A stretch of DNA of 64,000 nt from an uncultured virus (IMG/VR IMGVR_UViG_3300001592_000008). Taxonomy: Duplodnaviria > Heunggongvirae > Uroviricota > Caudoviricetes. A program made the translations under genes and the position numbers. The notes beneath the pieces are model-generated. The model ran no database searches, was not told the origin of the DNA, and saw nothing but the letters and a program-made list of their open reading frames with translations. The number at the start of each line of letters is the position of its first letter. Position 1 is the first letter of the stretch. This document shows, one piece after another, positions 1 to 8,684 of this stretch. Location: IMG/VR virus record IMGVR_UViG_3300001592_000008; one strand, written 5' to 3'.

Positions 1-34
1 TTTGCTTTGTTATAAATAACTTTGTTTACCAATA

Positions 35-65
35 CGAAATTATAAACTATTTTCCAAACGGCAAA
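35..65 (-). promoter_or_regulatory. Bacteroidota sigma-A-type promoter (host-recognised, early)
   Basis: Minus strand reads TTTG-ccgtttggaaaatagttta(19 nt)-TAATTTCG, matching the -33 TTTG / -7 TAnnTTTG consensus. Near-identical copy at 29663-29693. Confidence 0.65.
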
Positions 66-67
66 AT

Positions 68-103
68 AAAAAGCGAAAAAATCTTTGGGAAATTTCGCTT
101 TTT
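68..103 (-). terminator. Intrinsic terminator hairpin
   Basis: Inverted repeat AAAAAGCGAAA...TTTCGCTTTTT just after the stop of ORF 125..391. Confidence 0.6.
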
Positions 104-124
104 AACTAAAATCTTGGTATTTTG

Positions 125-391
125 TTATCTCATTATATTCAAACTACCTGAAACAATCTCCAATTGTTCTCCCTTCGGAATAAAGAAACGTTCAGTTTCA
201 CCGTCATTAATGACTACCTGAGAAGAAGGTTGACTTGCCAACCTAAATACCGTATCACCAATTGCCTTAAAACGGACAATGTTACCGCTCCAATCTTCGG
301 GAACTACTCCAGGAGCGAATGTTTGACCAAAACCTATGGTTAAAAACGGAACTGGTCTTGAATTTGCATCAATAGGAAGTGATTTGCTCAT
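125..391 (-). CDS. Hypothetical protein (88 aa)
   Basis: Co-oriented ORF with AT-rich leader and a terminator after it. Confidence 0.7.
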   Translation of the reverse strand: MSKSLPIDANSRPVPFLTIGFGQTFAPGVVPEDWSGNIVRFKAIGDTVFRLASQPSSQVVINDGETERFFIPKGEQLEIVSGSLNIMR

Positions 392-486
392 ATCTTTTAC
401 TTTTTAGTTGAACATTTGTTAATCTATAACTGAAAAAGAGCCGCCAACCTAAGTCAACAGCTCTTTAACATTTGCGATAACAATAA

Positions 487-882
487 TTATCGTTTTCTTT
501 GATATGTATGTTTATTTATTTTGTACCACCCCTCTACTATTATGCCTTGAATATTGTTACTGAAATAAGCTATTTTGTTCGATTTTAGAATGCCCAATTC
601 ATAGTCTCCTATTTCGGTATAATTCCAATCAGTTCCGTTATCGTCATCAGAACTCAAATAATCATTCAAATCTACTTTTATCAAACTTTTAACTTCTACT
701 ACAATTTTTGTATTGTAAATGTATGTAGTTTGATAAACGACTGAATCTGCTATGTTAGCCAACAAACTCTCAGTCTTTACAATAAAAGCTGATTGAGACT
801 TGTTTGTTTTTAATGGAATATCTTTAGAATTTGCTACTAAACTTACAAACAATAAAGCTATAATCAATAACAACTTTTTCAT
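487..882 (-). CDS. Hypothetical exported protein
   Basis: N-terminal signal peptide MKKLLLIIALLFVSLVANS. Confidence 0.7.
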   Translation of the reverse strand: MKKLLLIIALLFVSLVANSKDIPLKTNKSQSAFIVKTESLLANIADSVVYQTTYIYNTKIVVEVKSLIKVDLNDYLSSDDDNGTDWNYTEIGDYELGILKSNKIAYFSNNIQGIIVEGWYKINKHTYQRKR

Positions 883-890
883 ACAGATGT

Positions 891-1208
891 CTATTTTGGA
901 AATTCAACTCTTGCTTTAGGAGCTACGTCAAGCGTACTTCTCGGTGTTCGGTCTTTACGGAGCGTATCAACTCGGACTTCTACAACTCTGTAAGTGACTG
1001 TACGCCACGTTTCAGTACTATCTGTTTCACTTATGCGTTCTCTTTTAATGACTGCTTTAGGGTCATTGTAATCCCACTTCTCATCATTACATTTAGTTAT
1101 TAACATAACCGATAACAAGAGTATAATCATTAACATGATTGTGAACCCTCCTCCCAATAATATAGCTTTTCTTTCAGCTACTGGGTTAATGTAATCATTC
1201 TCCTTCAT
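891..1208 (-). CDS. Hypothetical membrane protein
   Basis: One hydrophobic segment (ILLGGGFTIMLMIILLLSVMLI). Confidence 0.65.
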   Translation of the reverse strand: MKENDYINPVAERKAILLGGGFTIMLMIILLLSVMLITKCNDEKWDYNDPKAVIKRERISETDSTETWRTVTYRVVEVRVDTLRKDRTPRSTLDVAPKARVEFPK

Positions 1209-1389
1209 AATCGTGAATTTTAAGTCCGTTGATTACCTCGTAACCGTAACTGTAACGCAAGACTTCCTCAACTTTGTCTCGGCTCTCAGCTTCAACTACA
1301 AGATTTTTTACTTGTTTGATTTGTTCTTTGCGATGTTTGCTACCAAAGAACTTAACCTTGAATTTCTTCAAATTCGACATCTTCTGCAT
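1195..1389 (-). CDS. Hypothetical protein
   Basis: Tightly packed co-oriented ORF. Confidence 0.55.
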   Translation of the reverse strand: MQKMSNLKKFKVKFFGSKHRKEQIKQVKNLVVEAESRDKVEEVLRYSYGYEVINGLKIHDYEGE

Positions 1390-1576
1390 GTTCTTTTAAT
1401 TTGTTTAATCTTTCTTGTTGTTCACTATTGAATTTCTGTGTTGGAACTCCTATTATTGTTATGTCTCCTTCTTTTGGTTCTTCCCACCAAGGAATAAAGA
1501 ACATTTCAACGAAGTCTATGAAATTATGCTTTGGGTCACGCTTTCTTGTTTCAGGCATTCTATTCGGTTTTATCAT
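1352..1576 (-). CDS. Hypothetical protein
   Basis: Tightly packed co-oriented ORF. Confidence 0.5.
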   Translation of the reverse strand: MIKPNRMPETRKRDPKHNFIDFVEMFFIPWWEEPKEGDITIIGVPTQKFNSEQQERLNKLKEHAEDVEFEEIQG

Positions 1577-1992
1577 TTAATTCAAATACTCCTTCACCTC
1601 TAACAAAGAAAAACCTTCTACCCATTGGATGCCACCATAGACTTGCTTCATTTGATGTATAACCCTGAATAAATCCTTCTTCAGATACTTGCTTCATATT
1701 CTGACTGCTTCTGCTCAATTTTGATATACTTCCGTACTCAATCTTGAATTCATCAAGTAACCTCTTAGCTCTACCAAATTCCAACTCTTCGTGAGCTTCT
1801 TTGAAATCATCCAAGAACTCCTGTTCACTTACAGGCTCCGAAGCATCAACGTGAGAATAAGGGTATGGAGTTTGATTCTTATCTACTATGCTGATAAGTA
1901 GATACGGAGCTGGAACGGTAACTTGATGAGCTTCCAAGCTCTTTTGCTATTGCCTCCAATTCTGGTAAGGCTTCAAAGATTGTCTTTGACAT
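1560..1992 (-). CDS. Hypothetical protein, apparently split by a 1-nt insertion near 1935
   Basis: ATG at 1992 gives MSKTIFEALPELEAIAKEL; removing one G joins it to EAHQVTVP of ORF 1560..1937. Confidence 0.55.
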
Positions 1993-1993
1993 A

Positions 1994-2176
1994 TCAATAC
2001 CTCCTTATTTCTTCAATTTTGTTACTGATAAACTTAGAAGAGACGTGACCGCAATTCTCACATACACATATGATATTCTTGCCCACTTCTTCATTCCTTA
2101 CATTTGTAACCGTTTCGGTTGAATGAATTTTCTTTCGGTGTATTCCTATGAAACACCTGAACCATTGTCCTGACAT
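1994..2176 (-). CDS. Small Cys/His-rich protein
   Basis: CFIGIH...CENCG motif typical of small phage proteins. Confidence 0.55.
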   Translation of the reverse strand: MSGQWFRCFIGIHRKKIHSTETVTNVRNEEVGKNIICVCENCGHVSSKFISNKIEEIRRY

Positions 2177-2625
2177 ATAACATTATTTTTAGTTAGTAAT
2201 TCAATTGCTTTATCTTTAGTGATAGATTTACCTTCATAATGGAAGAAAGTCTTGCTACTGCCTTGTATTCGTTCTGAAATTCGTTGTATTAACAGTTCCT
2301 CTTCTTCCTTCGTAGGAACGTAATTGTTCCAATAGTCTTTCATTAAAACTTGTTCCCAATTCTCGGAATAGTCTGGAACGTTGAACCCACGCTTGATACA
2401 TTCTTCGTGTATCTGTTTGTAACGGTCAAGAGTGAATTGAGCCTTGTCTAAGAAGAATGTTACATGTCCAGTACCTAAACAAAATTTACTCGGTATTCTT
2501 TTCAAAGCTCCGCTGGTATAAGACTTAACAAAGCAAGCAGGCAATCTCTTTATTTCTCTATGCTCAGCAAGTAAGTGTTCATCTGTTAAACGTCTTACCG
2601 ATATAGCACTATTTATTCTTGTCAT
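2146..2625 (-). CDS. denV: Pyrimidine dimer DNA glycosylase (T4 endonuclease V family)
   Basis: MTRIN...LTDEHLLAEHREIKRL and FCLGTGHVTFFLDK...RYKQIHEECIKRGF match T4 DenV motifs (Thr2 nucleophile, catalytic Glu). Confidence 0.92.
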   Translation of the reverse strand: MTRINSAISVRRLTDEHLLAEHREIKRLPACFVKSYTSGALKRIPSKFCLGTGHVTFFLDKAQFTLDRYKQIHEECIKRGFNVPDYSENWEQVLMKDYWNNYVPTKEEEELLIQRISERIQGSSKTFFHYEGKSITKDKAIELLTKNNVICQDNGSGVS

Positions 2626-2644
2626 AAATTATTTGTTTTGTTAA

Positions 2645-2653
2645 ATAACTTTG
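2645..2653 (-). promoter_or_regulatory. CAAAGTTAT upstream motif (putative phage-sigma promoter)
   Basis: Lies between the terminator and the denV ATG. The same 9-mer occurs at 16-24, 3017-3025, 11638-11646, 15679-15687, 22746-22754, 27575-27583 and 35797-35805. Confidence 0.5.
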
Positions 2654-2661
2654 CTAAAATA

Positions 2662-2687
2662 GAAAAGGGGCAACTTTCGCTTGCCCC
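2662..2687 (-). terminator. Intrinsic terminator ending the tmRNA coding piece
   Basis: GGGGCAA-GCGAAAG-TTGCCCC followed by TTTTCT on the minus strand. Confidence 0.8.
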
Positions 2688-3010
2688 AAGTCTCGGTTTA
2701 CGCAACGGCTCTTAGCTGTTGAGGAAACATTTGAATTATTTTGCCATTTAGGACTTTTGCAAGCTCTCCACTAATCATACTCATACGCTGTCAAATCCAC
2801 TCACCCCCGTGTGAAGGTTTTTGAAGAGACACCTACAAACTCAGGGCTGCTGGTTAAGCAAATCCACCACTCCATTTTAGTAAACGGAGAAACTGCCATC
2901 TTTATTGCGAGCAAGATATTAATCAAGAGAATAAAGCAGGACTTCGTGGAGGTGACGGGAATCGAACCCGTGTCCAAACGTACTTTACTAAAAGTCTCAA
3001 CGAACTTACT
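2662..3010 (-). ncRNA. ssrA: Circularly permuted (two-piece) tmRNA gene
   Basis: The 3' acceptor/T-arm segment GGACACGGG-TTCGATT-CCCGT-CACCTCCA (2975->2947) lies upstream of the 5' segment GGGGGTGAGTGGATTTGACAGC (2808->). The acceptor stem GGGGGUG/CACCUCC has a G3:U70 pair and discriminator A. The tag ORF at 2745->2698 follows TAAAT and reads GKIIQMFPQQLRAVA*. The outer ends are approximate. Confidence 0.88.
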
Positions 3011-3027
3011 TTCTTTATAACTTTGCC

Positions 3028-3312
3028 TTAAATATAAGGCTCTATATTTTCCTCAAGCCAAGCCTTATCTTGGAAATTCTTTTTAAACTCCTCAACCTTC
3101 TTTTCTGCTTCCTCTTTCGTATCTGCTTCAAATAGTTGAGACGCAGGGCAAGGAGTATTAGCATAGGCATCTAATTGCATTTGCTGATTATCGTATATTC
3201 TCACCCTTGCTACTTCGGGTGGATATTTAGGAATATCTGGGTTGTTACATTCTTCGTCAGGCAAGACATCGTATTTTGTCCACGCCATATAAACTCCGTA
3301 AATTTTGCTCAT
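3028..3312 (-). CDS. Hypothetical protein
   Basis: Co-oriented ORF. Confidence 0.7.
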   Translation of the reverse strand: MSKIYGVYMAWTKYDVLPDEECNNPDIPKYPPEVARVRIYDNQQMQLDAYANTPCPASQLFEADTKEEAEKKVEEFKKNFQDKAWLEENIEPYI

Positions 3313-3316
3313 AATA

Positions 3317-3562
3317 CTATTTGTTTAATGGTGATTCTTGTAATCTCGTTAAATTAAATCCAATCATATTTCCGCAACTTGGACATCTAAATCCATAGTT
3401 TTGTTGTTCCATACGTCCGTTATACGAACACATCATGCAATAAGGTTTCCAACCGTCATACCAAGTTCCTCCTTTTGCTTCCTTTACTCTTCTCAGCTTC
3501 TCCTCCTCTGATAAAGAAAGATTGTCTTGAACTGTTTCCATTATGCTATTGTTTGCTTCCAT
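3317..3562 (-). CDS. Zinc-ribbon protein
   Basis: CMMC...CPSC motif. Confidence 0.7.
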   Translation of the reverse strand: MEANNSIMETVQDNLSLSEEEKLRRVKEAKGGTWYDGWKPYCMMCSYNGRMEQQNYGFRCPSCGNMIGFNLTRLQESPLNK

Positions 3563-3996
3563 AGCTCGTTCAGTTCTTTCTCCGATACTTCAATTGACGT
3601 ATCAGGATATGTTAATACTAATTGTTTTGCGAAGTTAATATGGGTGTTGGTACTTCTAACAACGGCAGCACAACAATTTATAAAAACTTGAGCATCCGAT
3701 AGGTGACTCATAATAGCCATTTGTACTGGTATATAACGAACTCCTGCCTCACGCTCCTTCTTTTCCTCAATACCTTTCAGGAACACGTAACCTTCTTGGC
3801 TCGGTTTATATATCCTTTCGGAATTGGGATATGTACCTACAAACTTAACGGTTGTTAATGGGTTCCATGATGATTCCCAAACTTTACCATTATTCATTTC
3901 TTTGAGTTTCTCATATATCTTGAGACAATCTTCGGCATCTTTCTTGTACTCCTCCGATTTTAATTGCTTTTGTAAGCGGTCGTATAACTTTCCCAT
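3541..3996 (-). CDS. Hypothetical protein
   Basis: 151-aa co-oriented ORF. Confidence 0.7.
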   Translation of the reverse strand: MGKLYDRLQKQLKSEEYKKDAEDCLKIYEKLKEMNNGKVWESSWNPLTTVKFVGTYPNSERIYKPSQEGYVFLKGIEEKKEREAGVRYIPVQMAIMSHLSDAQVFINCCAAVVRSTNTHINFAKQLVLTYPDTSIEVSEKELNELWKQTIA

Positions 3997-4001
3997 ATTG
4001 T

Positions 4002-4397
4002 TTATATATTTATTTTAAGCAAATTATTTAAAATTCCATTTGTTTCAAAAAGAAAATGTTCAAGAGCGGTTTGAGCGGCTTCCTTTGTTTTATATACACT
4101 TGAATATTTTTTACAAATTCTTTGAGTTATTCCGTTATCTGAACCATTTAGATAACGTTGAATGTAAACAATTACATCTATTTTAAAACAATATCCAAAT
4201 ATTTTGTCTTCTCCATTTAATAAACAATTGCTAATTTCTTTTTGATATTCAATGGTAAAATCGTCATATGGAAAATTATCTCTGTAATTACCCGTAGAGT
4301 TTCTGATGTAATCGGTAGAAATTTCTATGACGCCAGAAACTCCTTTCATTTTTGATAAATCAAAAGGCTTATTATTTAACATTATCCACATATTCAT
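4002..4397 (-). CDS. Hypothetical protein
   Basis: 131-aa ORF with an ATGA overlap with the upstream gene. Confidence 0.65.
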   Translation of the reverse strand: MNMWIMLNNKPFDLSKMKGVSGVIEISTDYIRNSTGNYRDNFPYDDFTIEYQKEISNCLLNGEDKIFGYCFKIDVIVYIQRYLNGSDNGITQRICKKYSSVYKTKEAAQTALEHFLFETNGILNNLLKINI

Positions 4398-4867
4398 TTT
4401 CTCCTTTCTTTATACAGTTCATTGTATATATTACCGTAAAACTCTGTTTTGTTAGTTATCCTTGTTATGGTTTCTTCATCATACTCCCCAAGGCTCATAT
4501 ATTCTTCTTCATTAACATCCCTACCAAGAGCAAGCTCCATAGTGATATCAACGTATTTGTCTCCAATCTTATTCCAAGCGTGCTCAATTCCAAACGCTCC
4601 TAAGCATGTCACTTTTCCTTCTACATAAACGGCTCCTGGGATTATCTTAGTTAGCAAGTGAGCGTTCTTGTAGCACATCTTAGGCTGAGGCTTGATAATA
4701 GATTTTATTTGCTGAATATCCTTCTTGCTTAATGCTTCAGACAATGGTACAACTTTACAATCCTTAGCATCTTTTATCATTTGGTCATAGAACTCTCTTT
4801 GTCTGCCTGACATTATAGTAGCGACTGTTTTGAGCTCTATGACCAATTTACTTTCCTTATTTTCCAT
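4394..4867 (-). CDS. Transglutaminase/papain-like Cys-His-Asp fold protein
   Basis: CYKNA...YVEG...IEHAWN...YVDIT pattern. Confidence 0.6.
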   Translation of the reverse strand: MENKESKLVIELKTVATIMSGRQREFYDQMIKDAKDCKVVPLSEALSKKDIQQIKSIIKPQPKMCYKNAHLLTKIIPGAVYVEGKVTCLGAFGIEHAWNKIGDKYVDITMELALGRDVNEEEYMSLGEYDEETITRITNKTEFYGNIYNELYKERRK

Positions 4868-4868
4868 A

Positions 4869-5063
4869 TCAAAATGTAAAACCTATATAGATTGTTTGCG
4901 TACCTTTCATCAGCTTCTCGTGATTAGTATCATCGAATTTGAAGCAAGAGTATTTACCAGCTTCTCTTATATACTCTCCACGTACCCATATTGGAGCGGT
5001 CTCCGTATCTTGAAGCTTGAAATATGTTCCTTGATTAACCTTATTAACTTTTGTTGCTTTCAT
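4869..5063 (-). CDS. Hypothetical protein
   Basis: Small co-oriented ORF. Confidence 0.65.
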   Translation of the reverse strand: MKATKVNKVNQGTYFKLQDTETAPIWVRGEYIREAGKYSCFKFDDTNHEKLMKGTQTIYIGFTF

Positions 5064-5224
5064 GACCTTACATCTTGATTTGTTAGATACTCCATTGCTT
5101 CTTCTATCTCTTCGTCAGCAGTTGTTACGGCTTCTGAAGGTTCATATCCTGCTAAGTAAGCAGCCTCAAGCATTACTTCAGGATTAACTTCTAAGGCATT
5201 AGCCATTGCTAAATTTCCGTCCAT
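5060..5224 (-). CDS. Small acidic protein (54 aa), below the ORF-track cutoff
   Basis: MDGNLAMANALEVNPEVMLEAAYLAGYEPSEAVTTADEEIEEAMEYLTNQDVRS fills the gap exactly and has an ATGA overlap with the next gene. Confidence 0.65.
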   Translation of the reverse strand: MDGNLAMANALEVNPEVMLEAAYLAGYEPSEAVTTADEEIEEAMEYLTNQDVRS

Positions 5225-5225
5225 A

Positions 5226-6428
5226 TTACAAACTTTTTACAAGTCCTTCGGGAATGTATTCAATTCCATATCTACGGAAGAGTGCTACAACGCTATCCCA
5301 ATTGCATGCTTCTCTGCTATCATCTTTTTCAAAGAATGTTTTATCAGCCGTTATCCGATAACCTTTATTGATAAGTTTTAAGGCTTTTGCCTGTGCTTCT
5401 GAAGGTTTCTTGTTACTCTTGGTAGTCTTAGGTAAAGCAACGAACTCGTCAATTGTTAGTTCCTTCTTTTCCTCCTTTACAGGCTTTGTCTCTTTCTTAG
5501 CAGCTTTCTTCTTAGGCTCGGACTTCTTTGCAGAAGTCGTTGCCTTATCGGTGCGTTGTCCTTGCTTTTTGTCGGCTGGATTAGTTCTCCAATCGAATTT
5601 TCCAGGAGCGTATTCAGTCCATATCCATGTAGGGTGATTAGGATGAACGTCACCCACTTTGCGGGCAGTTTTAGCTTCCTTTTCCTTCGGCTGTTCCTCT
5701 TTATCAGCTTTCTTAGTTTCTTTATTCGTAGGTGCTTTGTCTGCCTTAGCAGGAGCTGCTTTTGACTCTGAATTCAATAACGCTTTCGCTAACACTTTCT
5801 CATCAATCTTTTTGTAAGTCATTATTTGTTGTTGAACGAATATGATAACTTCATATCCAGTGCCTGTATCGTAAGTGGAAAGAATATTCTTTTTAACTAA
5901 GCTGCCAAGAACACCTTTGACGGTCTTAACGTCCCATTTAACAATTTTAGCTACATCATTACAATCTAATGCGCTGTATTCCTCTCCGAAAGAAACATCT
6001 GGTGATTCATTGATAACATTCAAAAGAACAATTTCTTTGTCTGTTAGTTTGTTATCCTTATTGTTTACTATATCATTAACGGTCAGTTTTTCTTCTTTGA
6101 CTGCTTCCTCAGCTGCTTTGCTTGCGTCTTCAAAATTCTTCAAACGGCTGGTAAGGATATTCTGAATGTCTTCGTTGTTCACATCCTCACTCTTGATATT
6201 CTTCAACTCAGCAAGATTATCCCAGTTGTTAAGAATATAGGTTGCAAGTTCTTTAGCTTCCTTAGCAGCTGGACGTTTCTTGCTTGAGATAGCAGCCATC
6301 TTAACGGCTTTCAATTCGTTGAGCCTTACAATACGCTCATCCATTACAGGAGCATCGAAGTTTTCAACTGCGTTGTTTACTTTCTTACTGTCTTCCACCT
6401 TTACGGTCTTGTTTGCTTTTGTTGCCAT
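5226..6428 (-). CDS. Multidomain Lys/Ala-rich protein with a winged-HTH-like region
   Basis: LTDKEIVLLNVI...NDVAKIVKWDVKTVKGVLGSLVKKNIL resembles a winged HTH; basic low-complexity linkers. Confidence 0.6.
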   Translation of the reverse strand: MATKANKTVKVEDSKKVNNAVENFDAPVMDERIVRLNELKAVKMAAISSKKRPAAKEAKELATYILNNWDNLAELKNIKSEDVNNEDIQNILTSRLKNFEDASKAAEEAVKEEKLTVNDIVNNKDNKLTDKEIVLLNVINESPDVSFGEEYSALDCNDVAKIVKWDVKTVKGVLGSLVKKNILSTYDTGTGYEVIIFVQQQIMTYKKIDEKVLAKALLNSESKAAPAKADKAPTNKETKKADKEEQPKEKEAKTARKVGDVHPNHPTWIWTEYAPGKFDWRTNPADKKQGQRTDKATTSAKKSEPKKKAAKKETKPVKEEKKELTIDEFVALPKTTKSNKKPSEAQAKALKLINKGYRITADKTFFEKDDSREACNWDSVVALFRRYGIEYIPEGLVKSL

Positions 6429-6613
6429 ATTACTTTGATTTTAATTGGTTTGAAACTTATTGTTTTGTTAAGAAACTTTGTTATCTTTAACTTCATGAAG
6501 TAAAGGTACGAACTTCTACTGGAGTAGAATAACGGCTAAAAGTACCGTCAAAATTTGGAACGCTGAAATAGTACGTTCCTTGTTTCGGTGTACTATAAGT
6601 CTCCATAACTCTT

Positions 6614-6958
6614 TTACTTTGCTGAATTAACTCTAACATATTTAAACCATCTATATTGAAAAACTTTGCGAGTTTTCAAATATCCTAAATCTTGGTCATT
6701 GTTATGAGCTTCTTCCTCAAACGATACATCGTGATATGCTTCGGATTGCTTGCTATGAAATAATCTTATCAAAAGATACTCTATAACATACCAAAGATAA
6801 AACCCAATAACAAACATCTCAAGCATCTGTACCGTGTGTATGCTCTCGTGGTTATAATCTTCGGGTGAAACGGTATCACCTTTTACAAATAGAACTCCGC
6901 AAAGGTTGATTATTTTATATCTACCAAAGGGAATGAGTTTGTTTTTAATTACTATCAT
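6614..6958 (-). CDS. HExxH-containing membrane-associated phage protein (putative zincin)
   Basis: NHESIH, a hydrophobic stretch, then SFEEEA. Start reassigned to MIVIKNK at 6958. Confidence 0.6.
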   Translation of the reverse strand: MIVIKNKLIPFGRYKIINLCGVLFVKGDTVSPEDYNHESIHTVQMLEMFVIGFYLWYVIEYLLIRLFHSKQSEAYHDVSFEEEAHNNDQDLGYLKTRKVFQYRWFKYVRVNSAK

Positions 6959-7128
6959 ATCAATCCTCTTTGAATATGTAAATACCAATACATAACCACT
7001 CAAATTCCAAGCTCTTACTTGAAACGTTTATATTGATTGCTGGAAGGATAGCCCAAAAGCTCTTCGGAGTTAAATCAATATCAATCTTCAAACTTATTCT
7101 TTTCATAATAAATGCCTTTTACAATGTT

Positions 7129-8358
7129 TTATTTCTTTTTCTTATCTCCCGTGAAGTAGTCTTTATTTTTATTCTTGTACTGCCCTGCTTTCGTCTTGCT
7201 CGGTGGTACTTTGTCTTTTCCTCTTCCATTACCTCTTTCAATCGGCTCTTCTTCCTGAGCAGTCGGTCTTTTGCGTTCCGCTTCAGCGTCAAAGCCTGAT
7301 TGTCTTGCTTCCATCTCTTGTTTTTGTTTTCTTAACTTTGAAAGAAATATGTTCTTTGCGTTCTCAGCAGCACTATGTTCCTTGTCAGTTACATCCTCTG
7401 CTTTAACGTCCATAACTTCTCGTCCAGCGGTACGTTCTATCATACCAAAGTCATAAGCTGTATTGGACGGATATTGCATTTCAGCATCCTCGTCAAAGTC
7501 TCCTGAGATGTCAACGAACTTAGCATAATAAGAGTTATGAAGCCCAGCAACTAATTTCTTTGGGTCATAGTTCATTCTTGCCGCTACACGTCCCAATATG
7601 ATTTCCTTGAGATTGATTGTCTTGAGTATTTCCTTCTGTATGTGATTTTGTATTGTTACCTCAATATTTATATCAACCGCTCCATTAACTGTCAATATGT
7701 CTCCTTCGGCTTCCTTGCGTATTTGCTCCAAGGTACGAAGCATTGCGTTGTAAGCGTCAGTTGAATTGATAGCAACGTATCTCGCTTTCATCTTGCTATA
7801 CATCCAAGCAAGCTCCTCAAGTCTCGGTCTTTTATTATATAGTCTTACATCTGTCACTCTGTTGCGAAACTCCTCACGCTTTCTCTCAATCTCAACTATA
7901 TGTTTCTTGAGTACGTCTTTGACCTCGTTCTCTTGTACTATTATACCATTGTCCTCACCCATTATCTTTACAACTTCGGCAACGGTAAACATTCTACCAA
8001 GCAATTCAATAATATCTTCCTCAAAAGGACTTAATTTGCTTACCAAGGCTTCCTCTTTCTTCATTCCTCCGTAACGTCCTGCACGTCCATAGGCCATTGC
8101 CTTACAAGTCGTTATTTTAGCTCTCATCTGATTGTATTGCCTCTTTAGTTCCATTATGTCTTCTTGTTCTTTCGGAGCTAAATGTTCAATATACTTTTTA
8201 AGCCTATGAGGAAGCATAGCAATATTTATCTCATCCCCTTCGGAAGACATATAAATTGTATTGCGTAAAATAGGATGTCTTTCCAAGGCAATCATTTTTA
8301 TATATTCCTTGGGATTTACAACATCTTCTGGTATTGCTATCTTGTTACTATTTTCCAT
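7129..8358 (-). CDS. Terminase small subunit-like protein (DUF2280-like core)
   Basis: IIELLGRMFTVAEVVKIM...RPRLEELAWMY...LRTLEQIRKE resembles DUF2280-type TerS; basic C-terminal tail. Confidence 0.5.
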   Translation of the reverse strand: MENSNKIAIPEDVVNPKEYIKMIALERHPILRNTIYMSSEGDEINIAMLPHRLKKYIEHLAPKEQEDIMELKRQYNQMRAKITTCKAMAYGRAGRYGGMKKEEALVSKLSPFEEDIIELLGRMFTVAEVVKIMGEDNGIIVQENEVKDVLKKHIVEIERKREEFRNRVTDVRLYNKRPRLEELAWMYSKMKARYVAINSTDAYNAMLRTLEQIRKEAEGDILTVNGAVDINIEVTIQNHIQKEILKTINLKEIILGRVAARMNYDPKKLVAGLHNSYYAKFVDISGDFDEDAEMQYPSNTAYDFGMIERTAGREVMDVKAEDVTDKEHSAAENAKNIFLSKLRKQKQEMEARQSGFDAEAERKRPTAQEEEPIERGNGRGKDKVPPSKTKAGQYKNKNKDYFTGDKKKK

Positions 8359-8378
8359 TATACTATTGCGTTTACTAA

Positions 8379-8684
8379 TTATTTCTTTCCTCTTATATTT
8401 GCTTTTGTAGGTGTAACGGCTGCGGTTTCTTTCCCTTTCACATATTTTTTCATTATTCGCAAGCGTTCTACTCTAACAACGCAAATAGGATAATGTTCGT
8501 TTTGCTTGGGATAATCGGATATCAAAACAATCCTTAACGTTTTTATTTTTCTCACTTTGGAAATTATAGGGTATCTTTGCCTTTGGGAATATATGAATAT
8601 GCGAAAAGACGTTGGGCCATCTATTTTGACCTCAACGTCCTCATCCTTTTCCCTTAATTCTTTTTCAAGTTGTTTTGGGTTCAT
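8379..8684 (-). CDS. Hypothetical basic protein
   Basis: Co-oriented ORF. Confidence 0.6.
   Translation of the reverse strand: MNPKQLEKELREKDEDVEVKIDGPTSFRIFIYSQRQRYPIISKVRKIKTLRIVLISDYPKQNEHYPICVVRVERLRIMKKYVKGKETAAVTPTKANIRGKK

Noticed and set aside
2946..2975. Stand-alone tRNA or an attP-like tRNA 3' fragment
   Set aside because: There is no anticodon or D arm upstream. The fragment pairs with the 5' segment at 2808 and a tag ORF follows, which fits a permuted tmRNA. No integrase is present in the window.
2811..3020. Plus-strand 69-aa ORF
   Set aside because: It is antisense to the tmRNA gene and has no recognisable protein features.
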